A DNA stretch of 64,000 nt, taken from contig NIVC01000953.1 in NCBI GenBank assembly GCA_002269645.1, positions 1 to 64,000 of the forward strand. The letters run 5' to 3'. Below the pieces are notes generated by a model. It had not been told where the DNA came from. It worked only from the letters and a program-made list of their open reading frames with translations, and did not search any database. Position numbers and translations under genes: made by a program. This DNA is from Macrostomum lignano. Its lineage: Eukaryota. Shown piece after piece: positions 55,472-64,000 of the stretch. Position 1 is the first letter of the stretch; each line of letters begins with the position of its first letter.

Positions 55472-58400
55472 CAAGTAGCTTATTTGTTGGTGGGTTTGGC
55501 TTTGAGCACAGTTCCATTGAGTTGCAAGCTGTTCTGGGGTGCAATTAGCAGTGGAAATTTGGAAATGGAAGAAACAGTCTGGGATCGCCGAGGGGTGGGT
55601 CGGGGATGAAGGCGAGAGGAGGTCGGCTCCGTGTTCATGGTATAGGGTGAGCTCGGTCGATAAACGGACAGATTTATCGGCTGAAGTTGAGGAAAACTTT
55701 CTCGCTTAGAGCACACTGCACAGTAAGTAGAGGGTGCAGAGTTTGAGCTAACTTTGAGCAGACACAGACGGTAGTGAGGTGCTATAAGAGACGGGGGAGG
55801 GGAGATTGGGGAAGAGCAAGCAGTAAGAAAGGGTAAGGACTGTATGAGAAAGGGGAGAAGGGGACCCCTCAGCGGCATTGGACTACACAAGTGCACCCAG
55901 CCCTTCATTTTTTAATCTGGTCTTTCACTGCACCCCGTTGGCCACGGTGTGGACGTGGAGACCTTCTGTACTGTCTGTGAGAGAGAGTGGACTCGACTTG
56001 AGAATTGGCCCTCTGCTTGGATAGAGCTGATGGAGGTTGGGGTTGTGGATTGCCGAGTTTTGGAACCAATTGGGGCGTGGCTTCTGCCCAATTCCTGTCC
56101 TTCCTGTCTTGTCCCGTTTCGGGGGCATAAATTCTTTGCTTTGGGGTGTGGCATGTTTCTTGTTTTTATTGCTTCTCTTGATTTCTTCTGAGTTTTACTC
56201 GTGGCTCGAAGACTACTATTGCAACTTTCTATTTTCCTCGTTTTCATTTTTACAAATCAAATCAAAGAAAGGTAAGATTTGACTTTTGTTGTTTTGTAGT
56301 TTTAAAATTGTAGTTTTAACCTTAATTTTAAGTGTAACGTTTGTTTTTATGTGTTTTTTTGCGATTCTACGTAAGTTTTTTACACTTGGCAAAATGCCAA
56401 GAATTCTGCATGTACATGTGCATTTGTACGTGACTAAATTCTCCTACATGTGTACATTATTTTCAGAATCAGTGTTGGCAGCGATCATTTTAGCGCCACA
56501 GGCACTCATTTTAGCGCCACAGGCACTCATTTTAGCGCCACCGGCACCATTTTGGCAAAATTATTTATTTCCAGAACACTGAGAACAGGTCAGCAAAGGT
56601 GGGGTGGGGGACGACAAAGCATTGGGGGGGGGCATGCCCCCTGTCCTCCCCGGTGGCGACGCCCCTATGCTGCCGAGTGTGTCGTTTCTATTGTTTATAC
56701 TGCGCTAATAATTGTCTGGCGGTTTTTAAACTCTGGGTCTCAATAACTATGTGCTTGTAATATCATGTTACAGTGTTCGATGTAATGTACATTTCATACA
56801 TCATTACAAAAAAACGGATACAAGCTATGTATGTCGGTCATGTCTGAGTTATGTCAATGATGAGAATCAGATAGGATCAGAGGAAGCACTTGGGGAAAAA
56901 ACAACTAGAGAAGCCAAGGCAATGACTGACTCGCATAATTTCCCTTTGCCTGGCTCTCGACTCGATATTCATCTCATCATTCTTCCTCAGTGTCTTTTCC
57001 CTCTCTCTCCTCTCGCCTGCCTGCCTTCACCCTTCAGTCACAGTCACACTCGAAACATTAACTACGAGCTTACTTCCGTATAGTAGGGCCAAATTAGCCC
57101 TGCCTCCACATTCTTAACGTCAATTTCGGTGAAAAGAAGACTGAAAGTGTAGATATTCAATACATAACATAACATATTAGTATTAGTACATATAGTGTAT
57201 CTCAAATAATTACCCAGGGGAAGAACGGTAGCGAGGCCCCGACCTGCAAGTTGCAGGCTTGCATTGCAAGCACTGCGCGCAGCTGCGACTCAACTTCTCA
57301 AGAAAAGCTGAGCACACACCATGCAGTCTACATTAATACTGCATCTCCATACCATCGATTTGAGAATGGAGTGACGGGGTAAGAAAGCCCAAGAAGTGCG
57401 CCAAATAAGCCCATTAAACAGGCACAGCTGGAAACAGACAGTGAAACAAACACTAATAGTACATACAATCTATAATAAAAGCAGTCTGTGTTCGTCTGCT
57501 CAGTTTTAGTCTAGTTTAACTCAGACAATCCAGGCCACACACATTTGGGCCAAATCAAGTGTAGATTCATTTAGAGGCTGTGTGGACAGTGTGCCGTTTC
57601 TGCATTTCGTCGCCACTCATCCCATTGGCACTTATAGTTGGCCCAACTCACTGCTGTACATCCAGCAAATGTACATCCAGCCCATAAAATCAAACCCCAA
57701 CACCCACACACCCCAGTCTGGGTTAAACGGGGGAGAGAAGGACAAGTTTAGTCAAGGGAAAGAGAATTGGGGGAGCGGGTGGAACTGGATGGACGAAAGA
57801 AGGGTGTGCGCGCGCAATGAATGAATGAGAGATTTAGCAGCCCCCCCCCTGCTGCGCCGCTTTGGGGGATTGGAGTTGGAGCGTGCCTCCCTGCGCCATA
57901 TGCGAAACATTCACCGCCTTTAAAGCGGAAAGACCCCCCATCCACAACTTAATATATAAGTAGGCCGCGGGCCAGTTAAAGCTTGTTTAGATTTGCTATT
58001 AAGATAATTAGCGAACCGTTACTTGGCATTTGACTTTGCATTCGTCTCGGCGGAAAACATAACTTCTAACACTCCTTACCCCAAGCCCAACCCTGCCTTG
58101 ATTCCTGGCGCAACTATCGATAAGCTTTTATTACTCTGGACTACGAGGCTTAGCTTCTGCAGCTAAATTCCGAGAGAATTTTAATAGTTGATTACTTGCT
58201 TGCTGTTTATCGCATAAGTTATTAATAATTCAAGTCGTTAGATTTACTCCGGTCGACTTGACTTACTCAACTGATTTGATTAATAAAAATCCTCGGTTTT
58301 TATGTATTCTACATTCAAGTAAGTTTCTCTGCATCGGCTTCTACGACCTATATATTAAACTGCGCTTTGTTCAAGCTGTTCCATAGTATTAGTAAATTAG

Positions 58401-59541
58401 TAATATTTAAAATAAATGTAGGTGACGTTAGTAGTTACTTGATGGTTGATAGTACAGTGTCGCCGCAAGAAGGGGGATCGTTTTAAATAGAACACACAAG
58501 ACAGAACCTATACAAGATAGACTTCTTCAAGCAATACAACTACAAGATTGCCGCCGTATTTTTTGGAGTTGTTATGTTAGAAAAAATATATATCTTGTTA
58601 GAGCTAACTTTATTATAACTGCACTGCACTCTAATTTTAGTCCATTAGTCCAACGCTCTGACCTTCTCCCGACTCCTTAAGTATTTCTTTATTATTTATC
58701 TAAAAAGCAATTAGATTAATTATCTAAAAAGCATTCCTCAGTCAATCTAAATATACTAAATCTCTAATATTTGTATGCTTGTCCATAACGCTCTAGAGAT
58801 CGCAATTCTCGACCGATTTTGATCGCGTTTTCGCCAAAATTTGAATACTAAAGTCCAAATTCCAAACTTTTCTGTCCGATTCAGAATCTATTTAAATAAA
58901 AAGTCTTGACGTCAATGAATAAGTATTACAGTTCTCCTATCAAGTTTCTATATATATAGCTAAATTCTGTACACGCTACTCTCAGTAGCTTCAATAGGAA
59001 AGTTTTCTATTTTAAACGATATTTTACCGGAGTGTAGATTGTAGAAACAAGTCGCTTTAGCCTCAAAGCAAGACAAGAAGGAGAAAAAAGAAGTTAGCAA
59101 CGGCAGTTGGTGGGGGGTGGTATTAGAAGAGGCTGAGACAGGACTGGAAGGTTCCATTGTGGACAATGTACTGACTATACTGTCTATACACTTCTGCGCA
59201 GTTGAGCTAGAAGAATATTCCAGAAGCAAAAAATTGCACACAATGTTCACCTTCGCAACAACCAGCCTCCCCTCCTCCGGCCACCCACCCCACCTCCGCA
59301 GCTGAGCCAATACCTGCCGATATTATAAGAGCCAGCGCACAGTGAGCCGCTGCCCCCATCGATAAACACCCCCCGCAAAAGCATTAACCCTGTCATGCTA
59401 ACAGTCCTGTCATTGGCAGCAAGTGTCAGCAGACAGTTAAATACAGTTGGCCGGTTAACTAGTACAACAGCATCTGCGTCAGCAGCAGCAGCAGCTCACC
59501 AAAACTCTTCTAAAAGCAAATTTTCAACTACTAGCGGAAAT

Positions 59542-61308
59542 ATGTACACGCAGTACAAGTGAGTTCTGGCGAGTGTCCAAGCTTACCAGTAGATCTCTAT
59601 GAATGAAAATCAGTGTTGAGGTTTGACTAAGTAACACTGCTCTAAGATCTGTAGTTTGTTTAATTGTATGTACTTTTTATAATACAAACACGTGTGCTCT
59701 GCATATAGCTGTTTCGTTTGGCATTTAATTTCATTTTTTTCTGCTGGCCTTTTTAGTACTAACCAAAACTTGTAACAGTAGTATTCATAACAGCAATAAT
59801 ATAATGTAGCCATTGTGTTTTTGCTTGCTTCTAACCTAAAAATGAATTAATGATGATAGCTCAGCATGACGCTTGATTGATTAATTGAGACTTACAATAA
59901 GTACATACTCTCATTTTTTGATTCCCGATTCTCCTTCTATTCCATCAAGAGAGCGCATGATGCCCGGTGCATGCGGAGACGGCGTTGACCCATCGGTGGT
60001 GTCCTACCTGGAGGAGGGCTACAAGAAGCTGCAGTCCGACCCCAAGTGCAAGTCCCTGCTAAAGCGTCACCTGACCAAGGATGTGCTTGAGAAGCTCAAG
60101 AACAAGAAAACGTCGTTTGGTTCGACTCTAAAGGATGTGGTGCAGTCTGGTGAGTTTTTTGAGATCAAAATTTTCATTTGTTTTTGTCTGATCTTTGTTT
60201 AAATGTAGTTAACCGATTTTTTTTCCAGGCGTGGAGAACCTGGACTCAGGCGTCGGCGTGTACGCCCCGGACGCGGAGGCGTACTCGGTGTTCGCCGACC
60301 TGTTCGACCCGATCATCGAGGAGTACCACGGCGGCTTCAAGCGCACCGACCGGCACCCGCCGTGCACGCTGGGAGACGCCAGCGAGTTCGGAGACGTGGA
60401 CCCGGAGGGAAAGTACGTGGTGTCCACCAGGATCCGGTGCGGCAGGTCGCTGAGAAAGTTCCCGTTCAACCCGAACATGACGGAGGGGCACTACAAGGAG
60501 ATGGAGGATCTGGTGTCGGGCACTCTGAAGGGCATGACGGGAGAGCTGAAGGGCACGTTCTACCCGCTGACCGGGATGACGAAGGAGGTGCAGCAGCAGC
60601 TGATTGACGACCACTTCCTGTTCAAGGAGGGCGACCGGTTCCTGCAGAAGGCGAACGCGTGCCGCTACTGGCCGACGGGTAGGGGCATCTTCCACAACGA
60701 CAGCAAGACGTTCCTGGTGTGGGTGGGAGAGGAGGACCACATGCGGATCATCTCGATGCAGAAGGGCGGCAGCATCAGGGAGGTGTACGGCAGGCTGGTG
60801 AAGGCGGTGAACGAGATCGAGAAGCGGATGGAGTTCAGCCACGATGACCGGCTGGGCTTCCTGACGTTCTGCCCGACGAACCTGGGCACCACGATCCGCG
60901 CCTCGGTGCACATCAAGCTGCCGCGGCTGTCGGCGGGAGGCCAGGAGGCCCTGCAGCGGGTGGCCGACCGGTTCCAGCTGCAGGTGCGCGGGTCCGCAGG
61001 CGAGCACTCGGAGGCCGTGGGAGGCCTGTACGACATCTCGAACAAGGAGCGCATGGGCCTGACGGAGTTCGAGGCTGTCGGCAAGATGTACCGCGGCATC
61101 GCCGAGCTCATCAAGATGGAGAAGGCGCTGGAGCGGGGCGTCGACCCGGAGGTGGTGAAGTACGTTGAGGACGGGTTCGCCAAGCTGCAGGCCAGCGACT
61201 CGTGCCACTCGCTGCTGAAGAAGCACCTCACCAAGGAGGTGGTGGACAGGCTGAAGAACCTCAGCACGCCGTCCTTCGGCTCCACGCTCAAGGACGTCAT
61301 TCAGTCAG
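59542..61308 (+). CDS. ArgK: Multi-domain (at least two-domain) phosphagen kinase with arginine kinase signatures; 5' part only, 3' exons beyond the window
   Basis: Exons 59542-59558 (tentative, MYTQY), 59950-60149 (ATG at 59957) and 60229-61308 (1080 nt). Domain 1 motifs: [82 protein letters not shown] second domain starts at ~61140 (VDPEVVKY...KSLLKKHLT-like, [10 protein letters not shown]), followed by donor gtgagt at 61309. Confidence 0.93.
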
Positions 61309-61819
61309 GTGAGTGGCGCACCTTTCTATATATTGGCTTCAAGGATGGGTTTGAAACTCGAGCCCTAGCATTATTTTGAGCCTATTCGTGATTAGGGCTC
61401 ATAACTTGGGTTTTTCACTCTGTCTAGCTCTGCACGCAATAGGTCGCTGCACCTGTTCGGCCCCTAATCACTATCTGGCTGGCTTTTGTGCATAAAAGCC
61501 AATGCGTCTCGCTAATTGGCGCCTATTGCACTCGCTCGGCTGGGCGGAACAGCTCGAGATTTTGACTTCGATTTGCGCCGGCACTGTTTTCCTGTCTGTC
61601 TGTGCGAGTGCAGTCTAACCTACCTGTTTTATCTTGTCTAATTGTAGCGTTTCTACCTGTGGGCTAGGTGTATGCAGATTGTGCATGTCTGCGTCACGTG
61701 ACACTAGCCTTGCATTTTTGCTATTATCTGCGGAAGAATAGCTCTGGAATCAGATTTAATTTTGCATCAAAAGTTGCAATATGTGTGTTATACCTGTCCT
61801 GATGATGTGTCGCCTCATA

Positions 61820-63720
61820 CAGTTTGTCTCACCTGATGTGTCTCCTCATATGCCTCACCTGATGTGTCTCGGATGTCTCACCTGATGTGTCTCCTCATAT
61901 GCCTCACCTGATGTGTCTCATATGCCTCACCTGCTGTGTCTCATATGTCTCACCTAATGTGTCTAATATGCCTCACCTGATGTGTCTCGTATGTCTCACC
62001 TGATGTGTCTCCTCATATGCCACACCTGATGTGTCTCCTTATATGCCACACCTGATGTGTCTCCTTATATGCCACACCTGATTTGTCTCCTTATATGCCA
62101 CACCTGACGTGTCTCCTCATGTGCCACACCTTATGTGTCTCCTTATATGCCACACCTGATTTGTCTCCTTATATGCCACACCTGACGTGTCTCCTCATGT
62201 GCCACACCTTATGTGTCTCCTTATATGCCACACCTGATGTGTCTCCTCATGTGCCACACCTTATGTGTCTCCTTATATGCCACACCTGATGTGTCTCCTC
62301 ATATGCCACACCTGATGTGTCTGCTCATATGCCACACCTGATGTGTCTCCTCATATGCCACACCTGATGTGTCTCCTTATATGCCACACCTGATGTGTCT
62401 CCTTATATGCCTCACCTGATGTGTCTCCTCATATGCCACACCTGATGTGTCTCATATGCCTCACCTGATGTGTCTGCTCATATGCCACACCTGATCTGTC
62501 TCCTCATATGCCACACCTGATGTGTCTCCTCATATGCCACACCTGATGTGTCTGCTCATATGCCACACCTGATCTGTCTCCTCATATGCCACACCTGATG
62601 TGTCTCCTCATATGCCACACCTGATGTGTCTCCTCATATGCCACACCTGATGTGTCTCCTCATATGCCTCACTTGATGTGTCTCCTCACATGTCTCACCT
62701 GATGTGTCTCATATGCCTCACCTGATGTGTCTCGTGTGCCTCACCTAATGTGTCTCATACGACACCTGATGTGTCTCATATGTCTCACCTGATGTGTCTA
62801 ATATGTCTCACCTAATGTGTCTAATATGCCTCACCTGATGTGCCTCGTATGTCTCACCTGATGTGTCTCATGCGACACCTGATGTGTCTCCTCATATGCC
62901 ACACCTGATGTGTCTCATATGCCTCACCTGATGTGTCTCATATGCCTCACTTGATGTGTCTCGTATGCCTCACCTGATGTGTCTAATATGCCTCACTTGA
63001 TGTGTCTCGGATGTCTCACCTGATGTGTCTCCTCATATGCCTCACCTGCTGTGTCTCGACTCTCATATGTCTCACCTGATGTGTCTCCTCAGATGCCTCA
63101 CCTGCTGTGTCTCATATGCCTCACCTGATGTGTCTCACATGCCTCACCTGATGTGTCTCATATGCCTCACCTGATGTGTCTCATATGCCTCACCTGATGT
63201 GTCTCATATGTCTCACCTAATGTGTCTAATATGTCTCACCTAATGTGTCTAATATGCCTCACCTGATGTGTCTCTTATGCCTCACCTGATGTGTCTCATA
63301 TGTCTCACCTAATGTGTCTAATATGTCTCACCTAATGTGTCTAATATGCCTCGCCTGATGTGTCTCATATGTCTCACCTAATGTGTCTAATATGTCTCAC
63401 CTGATGTGTCTAATATGTCTCACCTAATGTGTCTAATATGCCTCGCCTGATGTGTCTCATATGTCTCACCTAATGTGTCTAATATGTCTCACCTGATGTG
63501 TCTCATGCGACACCTGATGTGTCTCCTCATATGCCACACCTGATGTGTCTCCTCATATGCCACACCTGATGTGTCTCCTCATATGCCACACCTGATGTGT
63601 CTCCTTAGATGCCACACCTGATGTGTCTCCTTAGATGCCACACCTGATGTGTCTCCTCATATGCCACACCCGATGTGTCTCCTTATATGCCACACCTGAT
63701 GTGTCTCCTTATATGCTACA
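61820..63720. repeat. ~21-25-bp minisatellite (CACCTGATGTGTCTCCTCATATGCCA type) in the arginine kinase intron
   Basis: About 1.9-kb tandem array. Confidence 0.94.
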
Positions 63721-63751
63721 CCTACCTGATATTTCTAAATATCCCACTGAC

Positions 63752-63877
63752 CTGAAATCCCTGCTGAGATCTCGTACCAGATTCCTCCGCGTGCGTACCC
63801 CACTCGTGTATTTTCATCATAAATCTCGGTTAGCATCCCAGCCTGACTCAGCTTATGCTTGTATTCTACCAGAGCCT
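63752..63877 (-). CDS. Candidate exon of an unknown gene, antisense within the arginine kinase intron
   Basis: Acceptor tttgctctgctgcag, then open frame ALVEYKHKLSQAGMLTEIYDENTRVGYARGGIWYEISAGIS. It ends either at donor g|gtcagt or at a TAG at 63735-63737. Non-repetitive island next to a satellite. Confidence 0.35.
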
Positions 63878-64000
63878 CTGCAGCAGAGCAAATAAAAAAG
63901 GATATTTTGCCACTCATCGCTACTGAGCCTCATTCCTCCAGATATTTTTGCATATTTTGAAAAAATAAGCTGCTTGCCTTTGCATCTTTGCTGAGCTAAA

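Noticed and set aside
55480-56250. Minus-strand ORF remnants ending at an (ACTT)n tail as a retroelement 3' end
   Set aside because: Only a weak CxxC hint (YCAVCS); no diagnostic RT or endonuclease motif recognised.
56751-57083. 110-aa ORF with a piggyBac-like Cys motif (TSYVCRSC)
   Set aside because: Incomplete Cys pattern, no transposase core or TTAA/TIR evidence.
58960-59310. 116-aa minus-strand ORF and overlapping 62-aa plus-strand ORF upstream of the kinase
   Set aside because: No recognisable domain or convincing exon chain.
60246-61300. Minus-strand ORFs of 326 and 211 aa
   Set aside because: Antisense shadows of the GC3-rich arginine kinase exon.
59957-61308. Assignment as taurocyamine or creatine kinase
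   Set aside because: Domain 1 retains the AK-type short GS loop and D62/Y68/Y89/R193 equivalents; substrate remains untested.

Overview
Eukaryotic, intron-rich invertebrate genomic DNA. GC3-rich exons, polyQ tracts and minisatellite-filled introns would fit a free-living flatworm such as Macrostomum, but that assignment is inference only. Gene models were built by hand from splice sites and reading-frame phase. (1) A complete 12-exon erg/Kv11 (KCNH2-like) K+ channel, + strand, 989-13736. (2) A complete 8-exon ZDHHC2/15/20-type palmitoyltransferase, - strand, 16268-26128. (3) A poorly resolved two-TM protein gene, - strand, 27881-33980. (4) A small hypothetical gene fragment, - strand, 36005-36821. 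(5) A complete TEKT3-like tektin, - strand, 38837-50697, with two tandem 86-nt homologous exons that appear mutually exclusive. (6) An RTE-clade non-LTR retrotransposon copy with a 12-bp TSD and a twin-priming 5' inversion, plus a second RTE fragment. (7) The 5' part of a multi-domain arginine kinase, + strand, from 59542 and continuing beyond the window, with a candidate antisense exon nested in its intron. Most long introns carry their own tandem repeat, and two of these arrays sit next to hairpin or inverted copies of their own unit. Most long ORFs in the supplied track are repeat artefacts or antisense shadows. Comparisons to human or Limulus residues and exon sizes are from memory, not from a database search.
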